Shown one piece after another: positions 38,030 through 46,294 of a stretch of 64,000 nt of DNA. The notes under the pieces were generated by a model. It had not been told where the DNA came from and searched no databases. It was given only the letters and a program-made list of their open reading frames with translations. Both the position numbers and the translations under genes were made by a program. How positions within the stretch are numbered: position 1 is the first letter of the stretch; every line of letters begins with the position of its first letter. Source of the stretch: an uncultured Bradyrhizobium sp. (GTDB lineage: Bacteria; Pseudomonadota; Alphaproteobacteria; Rhizobiales; Beijerinckiaceae); the NCBI GenBank assembly GCA_964552445.1, contig CAZKHF010000001.1:25154-89153 (forward strand), in the 5' to 3' direction.

Positions 38030-38803
38030 TCAGGCGTCTGCTTCGGTAGGAACTTCGCCACCCGCGGCGGTCTGCGCTGGATCGATCACACGAACGATCC
38101 GCTCGGCCGTCGGCGCAAAATTGCGCTGCGAGTGGAGATGGGCGTAGATCAGATCGAGATCGCCGCTCGCGGCCAGCCGCGCCAGCGCATCGCCGGAAAG
38201 GGCTTTGAGCCGAGCCCGGCTGACGGTCATGAACCCGCCCAAAACCAGCTTTCGCCCTGATCGCAGGCTGAATTGCGCCTGCATGGCCTCCAGCAGATTG
38301 AGATCGACGAGACGTTGCGAGAACGCGCGCGTCGTCTCGAACTGGGTCTGGTAGGCCTGAAGGAACGCGAGCACGCTCTGCAAATATCGGGTGCGCTCGC
38401 CGTCGGCGTCGAACAGGCGCTCGCCGACGCCACGGCGGTTCACGCCATCAAATTCCTCATCGACGCACAGCGTGAAGCGCGAGCCATCCTTGCTCGAGAA
38501 TACGAAGGGGTACCGCCGCACGAAGGCCGGAATGTATTTCGCGTTCCAGGCCCCATTTTCGTCGACATAGAGATTTTCGTTGTCGCGAACGCCCAGCAAC
38601 GCCGCCGGCATGATCGCGGCCCCCTCCCCCGCGAACACGATCGCGTACTCGGCGCATGCGAGATCGAATTCCGCCGCCATCAACGGCACCGAGTTCACGC
38701 TTCTCGCAAACCCATAATCGGCGCCCGACTTGATCGAAACGTCCTTGTGCCGCCCGGGAGTCACCGGGACCGCACGTTCATAAATCAACAGCTGCTTTGT
38801 CAT
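38030..38803 (-). CDS. sapC: SapC family protein
   Basis: 257 aa; motifs YAIVF, AALLGVRDNENLYVD, W..KYIPAFVRRYPF, LCVDE, ERLFDADGERT.YL and LIYAHLHS are characteristic of SapC. Confidence 0.9.
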   Translation of the reverse strand: MTKQLLIYERAVPVTPGRHKDVSIKSGADYGFARSVNSVPLMAAEFDLACAEYAIVFAGEGAAIMPAALLGVRDNENLYVDENGAWNAKYIPAFVRRYPFVFSSKDGSRFTLCVDEEFDGVNRRGVGERLFDADGERTRYLQSVLAFLQAYQTQFETTRAFSQRLVDLNLLEAMQAQFSLRSGRKLVLGGFMTVSRARLKALSGDALARLAASGDLDLIYAHLHSQRNFAPTAERIVRVIDPAQTAAGGEVPTEADA

Positions 38804-38899
38804 CAGACCGCTACCCTACGCTCACGAAGCCACGACACTGCGTCGGCCGACCTCCGAACGCATAACCCAAGATCGGTCTGGATAAATGCCCCCCGTCGA

Positions 38900-39085
38900 C
38901 CTTAACTCGATCTTAACTTACTCCCGTCGCGGCGCAATATCATAAATCTGTAACATAACGTTCACTTATGTAATATTAGACCAATTCGGCGACTGGCCGT
39001 GATACATTCCTGTTATAATTAGCGTAATTGATAGTCACCGCGAACTTGTACGGCATACACTAACAATCGTATATTATGGTAGGCG
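38900..39085. promoter_or_regulatory. AT-rich intergenic region, probable promoter/regulatory zone for sapC and the giant adhesin gene
   Basis: Abrupt AT enrichment (cataaatctgtaacataacgttcacttatgtaatattag, tgttataattagcgtaattg) against very GC-rich flanks, directly upstream of sapC. Confidence 0.55.
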
Positions 39086-39185
39086 TCCCGATTTTGCGCG
39101 CGGCTGGATCGCCATCGCGATGATTTGGGGATGGAGGCGCGGTTCGATTAAGAAAACCGGACGCCTGCGATCCAGCAGTCGCTCT

Positions 39186-40127
39186 TTAATCGGCTGCGGT
39201 CAGGCGGATGGGACGCAATATTTCCTCGTCGTAGCCGTATTTTGCGATATAGGCCGTGCCCAGTCCCAGACATTCGCTCGAGGCGCAAAGGTCCCGATAC
39301 ACGCATTGATAAAAGCCGTTTCGCATGAATTCCGGCCAAAACGCTGGATCGATGAAAAGCTGCGGCTGGATATTCATCAGAGCCGCGCCGTCATCGCCAA
39401 GAAGGCACTGCGGGAAATTTTTCACCTCCACGCCGCGCCCCAACGCGCGCGCTCTGGCGATCGCTTCGCGCAAATAGGGCGCGACCGCCGAATGGGGAGC
39501 GACGAGGTCCTTATCGTCCCTCTCGCTCATCGGCCAGTAGACCCAAAACTCCATCTGAACGAGATTGCGCAAGCGCGCGAGCCGATCGACGAGCTGCGGA
39601 AGAAGGCGAAAGCTGCGGTTCGTCACGACCGAATTGGTGAGGATGGCCACGCCATCGCGGCCGTCGAGAATCTCCAGCCCGCGTAGCGTCTTATCGAATG
39701 AGCCGGGCGCGGCGGTGATGGCGTCGTGGGTCTGCGCGCTCGGACCGGCGACGCTGACGAAATACTCGTCGACGCCCGCTTTGATCAGGGCGTCGCAATA
39801 GGCGGGCTGCGCCAAATGCATGCCATGGGTCTGAATGCGCACGTGCTCGAAACCGGCGACCCGGGCCCTTTTGGCCAGGTCGGGAAGATCGCGGCGCAGC
39901 GTGATTTCCGCTCCGGTCAGGATCAGACCCTTCCACCGGCGATGGCGGGCGTTTTCCGCCAGAAGCGCGTCGAAGCGCTCTTGCGATTGCGGCGCCAGGC
40001 GATTCTTCGCGCCCTCGATCATGCAGTGCGCGCAGCGCAGATTGCAGCGAAACTCCATCGCCATCGAGACGTAGTCGCGATGATCGAACCGATGCAGGGA
40101 CGGCGAACTTTGAGACTGGTTCGACAA
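39186..40127 (-). CDS. Radical SAM protein with Cys-rich C-terminal extension
   Basis: CNLRCAHC (CxxxCxxC), LTGAEITLR, IQTHG, and C-terminal FPQC...QCVYRDLCASSECLGL..AYIAKYGYDE. Probable TTG start at 40127 after GAGAGG (alternative GTG ~40169). The upstream half of the tracked 610-aa ORF overlaps 40205..41077 and is not credible. Confidence 0.88.
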   Translation of the reverse strand: MSNQSQSSPSLHRFDHRDYVSMAMEFRCNLRCAHCMIEGAKNRLAPQSQERFDALLAENARHRRWKGLILTGAEITLRRDLPDLAKRARVAGFEHVRIQTHGMHLAQPAYCDALIKAGVDEYFVSVAGPSAQTHDAITAAPGSFDKTLRGLEILDGRDGVAILTNSVVTNRSFRLLPQLVDRLARLRNLVQMEFWVYWPMSERDDKDLVAPHSAVAPYLREAIARARALGRGVEVKNFPQCLLGDDGAALMNIQPQLFIDPAFWPEFMRNGFYQCVYRDLCASSECLGLGTAYIAKYGYDEEILRPIRLTAAD

Positions 40128-40204
40128 TGACCTCTCGGCCCCCGCCCGTCGTTCGAAATCGTTCGGCACACTCCGCGCCGGCCCGGGGCCGTCGGGAAAC
40201 CGTC

Positions 40205-41077
40205 TCAAAGGAGACCGTAGAACGCGCTCTTCGTGACTTTCACCGCGCCGCCTTCCACGACATAGTCGACGCCGACGTCGTACAGCATGTGGTCGAGATC
40301 GTCGCGATGACGCCGCGCGAACGCGACCAGATCGGCCGGAAATTCCTCTTGTTGCAGGAAACGTATCAGCGGATCCACGGCGATTCGCGAGAAATAAACG
40401 CCGTCGTTGAACTTCTTGTTGGCCACGACGATCACCGCGCAGTTCAGCAAATCCGGGCGTAGGACCGCGGACAGAGGAAATCCCCTGAGATCGTGATGCG
40501 CCGAGCAGCCGAGCTTGGCGACGATGTCGTCCATCTCGTTGCGCGCGTCGAAGAAGAAGTAAAAGTTCGCCAGCCGCAGGCCGGAGATCGATTGCTCGTA
40601 ACAGATGCCTGACGAGACGCTGCTGCCGGGGTTTCCAATATAGACGTTGACGACATCGAGCGGTCGCCGACCGCCGGCGATCTCTTCGTCCAGGTCGATG
40701 GAGAACATGAAGTACGGGCGACCCTCCCATGGCCGCAGCGGGCAGCTGGCGAAGGGGGCGAGAATCTCGAGGACCCGCGTGATCGACACCCTGCGCTCGA
40801 GCCGCGCATAGTCGTAGAAATAGAACTCGAAACCCAATCGATCCCCGACTTTCTTGACGCCGAACACGGTCTGAAACGGTCCCAGCGCCTCGCGCAACGC
40901 GAAGCAGGCGGCCCTGAGACGCGGCCCGCCGCCCGCCGCTTCGACCGCGCGCCACAACAAGTTCGCCGATCGCAGTTTGCCGATCGGCGGCGCGATCGGC
41001 CGGTAATCCCAGAGACAATAGTCTGCATACCGATCGCGCGGGGTCGCGCGCTCAAGCTCCGCGGCCGCCAAGTTCAC
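40205..41077 (-). CDS. Hypothetical protein, possible ABBA/PT-barrel fold
   Basis: 290 aa, GTG start after AAGGAGG, in the operon. Five beta-hairpin-like segments: VFGVKK/GFEFYFY, FMFSIDL/VNVYIG, ICYEQ/ANFYFFF, IVVANK/DGVYFS, YDVGVDY/KSAFYG. Fold is inferred. Confidence 0.8.
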   Translation of the reverse strand: MNLAAAELERATPRDRYADYCLWDYRPIAPPIGKLRSANLLWRAVEAAGGGPRLRAACFALREALGPFQTVFGVKKVGDRLGFEFYFYDYARLERRVSITRVLEILAPFASCPLRPWEGRPYFMFSIDLDEEIAGGRRPLDVVNVYIGNPGSSVSSGICYEQSISGLRLANFYFFFDARNEMDDIVAKLGCSAHHDLRGFPLSAVLRPDLLNCAVIVVANKKFNDGVYFSRIAVDPLIRFLQQEEFPADLVAFARRHRDDLDHMLYDVGVDYVVEGGAVKVTKSAFYGLL

Positions 41078-41088
41078 TTATGCCTCCT

Positions 41089-41889
41089 TCAATGCGCTTC
41101 GATCCCATAGTAGATCGTGACGAACTCCTCGCCGTCTCTGCCAACGCCGGCTGAAAGGTGGCCCAACGCCATGTCGCGCGCCGGGCCGAACGCCGCTCGC
41201 CCCTGCGATCGCGGCGCCGCAAAATCCATCAACGTCGAGTCGATCAGATCGACGATTTGGCTCAGGCGCAAATTCGCGTCGTAGAGGTTGAGATCGCAGG
41301 ATCGCCGAGGGTTGCCAGCCTCCTCGACCTCCATCATCAGCGGCAGGAATGATTGGTCGTGCGCCGTCGCGCGCGAAAGCAGGCTCAGCGCGCATCGAAG
41401 AGCGCGCGGCGCCTCGCTCGAAGGCATCGCCGCGCGCAGTCCGGCTTCGATCTCGCCGCGCGTTCGGCGCGGCGTCCACGTGTATCGCGTGACCGCTGCG
41501 CCGTCGGGACGCTGAGGCGACCACTTGTAGGCGAGGTGCACGAGCACGGGGGCGTCGCTCATCGTCGCCATCGCGCGACGCGTCTGGGACGCGTATTCGA
41601 GATAAATCTTCCTCACTTCGAAGCCCGGCCCGCCCTCATGGCCAAAATGCACGACGTCGGCGCCTTTGAGCGCGACCACGAGCGGTTCCGCGAAGCTAGC
41701 GGGAATGCGGAGCTCGCGGGCCATCTCGGCCAACCGATCGACCGGAGCTTCGCCGAGCGCCGCCCGGTGGATGCTGATCAGACAACGATCGTCGAACAGC
41801 GCCCCCGGCGCGATCTTCACCGACCTTTCGAGACCGTAGGGCGCGTGAAGCGTCTCGACGAGCCTGATTAGGTCGTCGGCGGGCATCAC
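41089..41889 (-). CDS. Hypothetical protein, possible ABBA/PT-barrel fold
   Basis: ~265 aa. Five hairpins separated by helical segments: LERSVKI/RCLISIH, VHFGHE/RKIYLEY, HLAYKW/TRYTW, MMEVEE/RSCDLNL, HLSAGV/FVTIYY. Confidence 0.8.
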   Translation of the reverse strand: MMPADDLIRLVETLHAPYGLERSVKIAPGALFDDRCLISIHRAALGEAPVDRLAEMARELRIPASFAEPLVVALKGADVVHFGHEGGPGFEVRKIYLEYASQTRRAMATMSDAPVLVHLAYKWSPQRPDGAAVTRYTWTPRRTRGEIEAGLRAAMPSSEAPRALRCALSLLSRATAHDQSFLPLMMEVEEAGNPRRSCDLNLYDANLRLSQIVDLIDSTLMDFAAPRSQGRAAFGPARDMALGHLSAGVGRDGEEFVTIYYGIEAH

Positions 41890-41993
41890 GTCGGCGTCCG
41901 GCGCAGCGGGTCGAGGGAGGTCTTTTCGCTTGGCGCCCTGCCGACGATGACGACGCGGCCAATCCGGCGCGAACCAGGGTCGACCTCACGCAT
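41886..41993 (-). CDS. Unannotated small ORF, 35 aa (MREVDPGSRRIGRVVIVGRAPSEKTSLDPLRRTPT), candidate precursor or accessory peptide
   Basis: Shine-Dalgarno GGAAGGGA 7 nt before the ATG at 41993. Its TGA overlaps the next gene's ATG (TGATG). It fills an otherwise empty operon gap. Confidence 0.6.
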   Translation of the reverse strand: MREVDPGSRRIGRVVIVGRAPSEKTSLDPLRRTPT

Positions 41994-42013
41994 ATTTCAT
42001 TCCCTTCCGATAT

Positions 42014-42037
42014 TGCGCGCGCCGAAAGGCGCCCGCA
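42014..42037. promoter_or_regulatory. Stem-loop immediately 5' of the small ORF RBS
   Basis: tgcgcgcgcc-gaaa-ggcgcccgca: 10-bp stem with one mismatch and a 4-nt loop. Confidence 0.4.
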
Positions 42038-42109
42038 GCGGTCTTGGCGCGCGATCGCTCACAATCCCTGCGATGGGTCTGAGCGACCCAGCGCCATCGC
42101 CGCTCAGGC

Positions 42110-43141
42110 TTACGGCCGCCGCGCAACGATGAGATGAAACCCAACCTCCAACGCCACGCGGCGGCGCTCGATGGCCGCGAAGCCAAGTTCCTCGAGCGCG
42201 CTCAAATAGATCTCCGCCGGTCTAAGGAAATGGAGGAACACCAGGTCCGGCGCCATTGCGTAGGGGATTCGCCGTCCGCGGGCGTCGATCGGTTCGCGCT
42301 CGAAAATGACGAGCCGCCCGCCAGGCCGCACGAGCGCGCGCGCGCGTTCGAGCAATCGCAGCGCGTCGTGGTCGGGCCAATCGTGCAGCACCGATTTGAA
42401 CGAGACGAGATCGGCCGCGATCGGCAACGGACCGCTGCGCATGTCGGTCGGGAAAAAGCTGATGCGCCTCGCCTCGTCCGCGCTCGCGACCGCGGCGATG
42501 TGTCTTCGCCCCAGCTCGCAAACCACGGGGAGGTCGACGACCGTCGCCGTCAGCGAGGGACTTCGCTTGCAAGCCTGAAGGGCGAACTCGCCGGTGTTGC
42601 CGCCGAGGTCGATGAAGGAGGCGACAGAGCGCAGGTCGATCGCGTCCAGCGCGGGGCCCGCCTCGTATTTGGTGAGGCAGGTGGTGAACTTCGTCCAAGC
42701 GCTGGCCGCTTCGAGATTTTCCGCGGTTATGTCGAGGCACCGGTCGTAGCGGAACAGGTCGAACGCCTTGGAACGGGCCATGAACTGCGGGCCATCGGTC
42801 AGCAAGCACGTGAAGAGATGGTGGATATCGGGCCAAACGACGTCGGCGAACTCGATTCGCGACTCCAGAAGATCGCGAAAGGGAAGGATCGCGCGGAATT
42901 CCGCGGTCAGGTCGATTAGATCGCCGGTCCGCGCCACCACGCCGTTGGCTTCCAGCATATCGACGAGCAACCGCAAGCCTGTCGGATTGACTCGACGCTG
43001 TTTCGACAGCGTCGTCAGCGAGATCGCGCCGTCGTCGCGCAAGGCGTCGACAACGCCGAGATCGATCGCGCTCTTGATGGCGCGAGCGTCCATTTCGGTA
43101 TTCAGAAACGCGTTCACGCGAAGGAATTCAAGATTGTCCAT
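42110..43141 (-). CDS. SAM-dependent O-methyltransferase (Methyltransf_2 type with N-terminal winged-helix dimerisation domain)
   Basis: IKSAIDLGVVDAL, FIDLGGNTG, TVVDLPVV and KSVLHDWPD...LLERARALVRPGGRLVIFE motifs. ATG 43141 preferred over GTG 43165. Confidence 0.9.
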   Translation of the reverse strand: MDNLEFLRVNAFLNTEMDARAIKSAIDLGVVDALRDDGAISLTTLSKQRRVNPTGLRLLVDMLEANGVVARTGDLIDLTAEFRAILPFRDLLESRIEFADVVWPDIHHLFTCLLTDGPQFMARSKAFDLFRYDRCLDITAENLEAASAWTKFTTCLTKYEAGPALDAIDLRSVASFIDLGGNTGEFALQACKRSPSLTATVVDLPVVCELGRRHIAAVASADEARRISFFPTDMRSGPLPIAADLVSFKSVLHDWPDHDALRLLERARALVRPGGRLVIFEREPIDARGRRIPYAMAPDLVFLHFLRPAEIYLSALEELGFAAIERRRVALEVGFHLIVARRP

Positions 43142-43276
43142 GGACACGCACCCTAGCTGGACCACGGCCGCCGGATCGATTTATCGCCGCCGGACATTGT
43201 TCGAACGCCCAAACGCACAGCGCTTTGGAGCGAGCCGCCGCGATCCCCTCCCTCCGGCCGCAACAGCAAGTTCGGC

Positions 43277-44206
43277 CTATGGCTTCGCGTCCTCCCGGGT
43301 TGGCGACGCGCCCGTCGGCTGCTCCGCCAAATTGAAGGTCACACGGCAGCGAAGTCCTGCCGGCACGGCGTCGTCTGGATTGGCAAGCTCGAGTCTGACG
43401 CCGAAAGTGCCGCTCGCCGCGTCGAACACCTGATCGACCACGCTCACCTTCGCTTCGCGATCGCCGCCGATCGGGTCGCTCGGACGCACGATCGCCGCGT
43501 CGCCGACTTTGATGAATTTGTAATAGCTCACCGGCAAGTAGGCCTCGACATTGAGCGGATCGATGCGCGCGATCGTGACAATGGCGGCCTCTTGATGAAC
43601 ATATTCGCCGGGGCCGAGCGAGCGCTGGGTCACGATCCCATCGATCGGGCTGAGGATGGTGCGCCGTGCGAGCTCCGCCTGCGATCGGTCCAGTTCGATT
43701 TCGGCCATTTGATGATTCAGGCGCGCCAACGCGAGTTCCTGCTTGGCGACGTTGAAATCGGCGCGGGCGTTTTCGACATCCTGAGAGCTGGCGACGCGCT
43801 GCTGCTGCAAGTCGAGCTTTCGATTCAATATCCCGGTCTTTTGATCCAGCACCGCCTGTTTGGCTTCGATTTCCGCCGTGCTGTCGACTCGCGCCTTGTT
43901 GTACTCGACGATCGCTTCCTCGACCGTCGACTCCATGTGGGCGATGACCTGGCCGCGCTTGACGGCGTCGCCGCGGTCGACGGCGACATCGGCGATAATG
44001 CTCGCCACCGGGCTGCCGAGCTTCACGCTGAGCGAGGCCTCCATCACGCAGTCGAACGTCGCCGGAGAGGCGTGAGCGACGGTCGCGGAAACGACGGCGC
44101 CGAGCAAGCCGCCGACAGCCCAAAAGCGACGGCGTTGGCGCGGCCCCTCGTCGCGTCCTTGGGCGTGTCTCTTTGCGGCGGATACAATCATTGCCCCGTC
44201 ATCCAC
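43277..44206 (-). CDS. HlyD/RND-type periplasmic adaptor (membrane fusion protein)
   Basis: Signal-like N-terminus (RRRFWAVGGLLGAVVSATVAHA-SP), lipoyl halves SPVASIIADVAVDRGDAVKRGQVIA and ILSPIDGIV, coiled hairpin, VFDAASGTFGVRLELANPD. Confidence 0.9.
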   Translation of the reverse strand: MDDGAMIVSAAKRHAQGRDEGPRQRRRFWAVGGLLGAVVSATVAHASPATFDCVMEASLSVKLGSPVASIIADVAVDRGDAVKRGQVIAHMESTVEEAIVEYNKARVDSTAEIEAKQAVLDQKTGILNRKLDLQQQRVASSQDVENARADFNVAKQELALARLNHQMAEIELDRSQAELARRTILSPIDGIVTQRSLGPGEYVHQEAAIVTIARIDPLNVEAYLPVSYYKFIKVGDAAIVRPSDPIGGDREAKVSVVDQVFDAASGTFGVRLELANPDDAVPAGLRCRVTFNLAEQPTGASPTREDAKP

Positions 44207-44287
44207 GTTTGCGGCGGTCGTTCGCAGCCGGCAAGGCGCAAAGTGTTCAGCACATTGGCGTCCGCCCGTTGCGCGACGAGCGCGGCG

Positions 44288-46294
44288 TCACTCCGGTTTG
44301 CCTGTGAACGCCAGCGTCCTCATCCGCCATTGATCGGAGCGCAGCAGATCGGCGCGCATGCGGGCGTGAAGCCGCTCGGCGCGTCGCTGCGCGTAGTTGG
44401 AGGCCTCGCGGCCCGCCCAGGCGCCGAGGAAGCGCGTCGCCGCTTTGGCGAAAGCGGACAGCGCGATGCTCGATTCGGCGTCCATCAGAGCGTCTTCCAA
44501 CGACAAGATGGCTTCGAAGGAGCCCGGCTCGCCTTGCCGGCCGGCGCGACCGGCGAGCTGAAGGTCGATGCGCCGCGCGTCATGGCGCTCGGTCATGATG
44601 ACGTGTAGGCCGCCGAGCTCCTTCACGCCGGCGCCGAGACGGATGTCGGCGCCGCGACCCGCCATATTGGTCGCCACGGTGATCCGCCCTCGCTCCCCAG
44701 CCTCGGCGACGATCTCGGCCTCGCGTCGATCCTGCGTCGCGTTGAGCACGGTGTGAGGCAAGGACGCCGCGCGCAACAACGCGCTCGCGCGCTCGGAACT
44801 CGCGACCGAGCGGGTGCCGATCAGGACGGGAACGCCGCGCTCGTGCAAGCTGGCGACGCGCGCGATGACCCGGCGCCACTTCTCCTCGTCGGTGGTCGCC
44901 ACGACGTCGGGGCGATGGATGCGGAGCACCGGTTTCGCGGTCGGGATGGCGACCACCGGCAAGCGGTAAACCCGCCAGAGCTCGGCGGCGACCGGCTGCA
45001 GCGTGCCGCTCATGCCGGCGAGCCGACGGTAGCGGCGAAAGAATCGCTGATAGGTGATCCGCGCGATGGTGCTGCGCCGCTCCGACAGCGCGCAGCCTTC
45101 CTTGTGCTCGATCATCTGATGGAGCCCGTCGCTCCACAACCGATCCGGCATGATGCGGCCGGTATATTCGTCGACGATCCGCACCTTGCCGTCGACGACG
45201 ACATAGTGCTCTCCCCGGTGGAACAGGTGCACCGCCGCCAGGGCCTGGCGGGCAAGCTCTTCGCGACTGACGACGCTGCGCCAATGACCGGCGAGCGCCT
45301 GAGCGAATTTCTCGACCCGCGCTTGTCCCTCGGCGGTCAGATAGATGCGGCGCTCTTCGTTCGACACGATGAAGTCGACGCCGGCCTCGAGGCTGGCGGC
45401 CAATTTGAGCGCGCTCGCGACCGTGGCCGCGTCGATCGTTCCGTCGGCGCCGCCTGAGATGATAAGCGGGGTTCTCGCTTCGTCGACGAGGACGCTGTCG
45501 GCCTCGTCGACAAGGGCGAAATGCAGGCCGCGCAGGCGCAGGCGCCGCGACCGCGGCGATGGGCTGTGCAGCGTCTCCACTTTCAACGGCAGGTCGCCCG
45601 CGGTCTGACCGAGGACCATCCGGTCGCGCAGATAGTCGAAGGCGAGTTCCTTGTTGGTGCAGTAGGCAATGTCGCAGGCGTAGGCGGCCCGACGCTCCTC
45701 TGCGGTCTGACCGCCCACCACAGTTCCGACGCTGAGGCCGAGACTGGCGTAGAGCGGCCCCATCAGTTCGGCGTCGCGCCGGGCGAGATAGTCGTTCACC
45801 GTCACAACGTGAATCGGGACTCCGGCGAGCCCCGCAGCGCCCGCGACAAGCGTCGCAGTCAGCGTCTTGCCCTCGCCGGTGGCCATTTCGGCCAGCATGC
45901 CTCTGATCATGGCGAAGGCGCCGACGACCTGGACGTCGAAATGGCGCTTGCCGAGAATGCGCTCGGACAATTCCCGGATCAACGCGAACGCTCGCGCGAC
46001 GGCGGCGTCGGGAAAACTCGGGTCGCGCCGCAATGCGATCGCCGTCTGACGCGCGACCGCCGGAAAGTCCGCCAAAGCGAGCGCGCGGAACTCCGCCGCA
46101 TGACTGTCGACGAGGCGCACGATTGGGTTGAGTTTACGCGCGCGCCGGCGGCTGGCGGCCGCGACCCACTGCGACTGAGCGACGGCGAAGATCGCTTCCA
46201 AAGCGGTCTCTCGCCGTTCGGGCGCCTCGGGGTAAATCCGCTGCGCCGGCAGTTCGACAGCCAGCGCGCCGCCTCGGATTGCAAGCTCAGACAC
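44288..46294 (-). CDS. Accessory SecA-like DEAD ATPase, C-terminally truncated (~668 aa)
   Basis: HFDVQ, MATGEGKT, VTVNDYLARRD, FDYLRD, VDEADSVLVDEARTPLIIS, GMSGT, TNMAGRGADI, QLAGRAGRQGEPG. The protein ends ~65 aa after motif VI. Likely GTG start at 46294 overlaps the upstream stop. Confidence 0.92.
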   Translation of the reverse strand: MSELAIRGGALAVELPAQRIYPEAPERRETALEAIFAVAQSQWVAAASRRRARKLNPIVRLVDSHAAEFRALALADFPAVARQTAIALRRDPSFPDAAVARAFALIRELSERILGKRHFDVQVVGAFAMIRGMLAEMATGEGKTLTATLVAGAAGLAGVPIHVVTVNDYLARRDAELMGPLYASLGLSVGTVVGGQTAEERRAAYACDIAYCTNKELAFDYLRDRMVLGQTAGDLPLKVETLHSPSPRSRRLRLRGLHFALVDEADSVLVDEARTPLIISGGADGTIDAATVASALKLAASLEAGVDFIVSNEERRIYLTAEGQARVEKFAQALAGHWRSVVSREELARQALAAVHLFHRGEHYVVVDGKVRIVDEYTGRIMPDRLWSDGLHQMIEHKEGCALSERRSTIARITYQRFFRRYRRLAGMSGTLQPVAAELWRVYRLPVVAIPTAKPVLRIHRPDVVATTDEEKWRRVIARVASLHERGVPVLIGTRSVASSERASALLRAASLPHTVLNATQDRREAEIVAEAGERGRITVATNMAGRGADIRLGAGVKELGGLHVIMTERHDARRIDLQLAGRAGRQGEPGSFEAILSLEDALMDAESSIALSAFAKAATRFLGAWAGREASNYAQRRAERLHARMRADLLRSDQWRMRTLAFTGKPE

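Noticed and set aside
40128-41018. N-terminal 297 aa of the tracked 610-aa radical SAM ORF
   Set aside because: Overlaps the better 290-aa CDS in another frame and is Arg-rich nonsense; the real domain starts near 40127.
41986-42000. Mini-ORF MKYA overlapping the small ORF start
   Set aside because: Its ATG abuts the Shine-Dalgarno sequence with no spacing; the ATG at 41993 has proper spacing.
44288-46294. Calling this gene housekeeping secA
   Set aside because: Too short, lacks the C-terminal scaffold/wing domains and sits in an accessory cluster, so the symbol is withheld.
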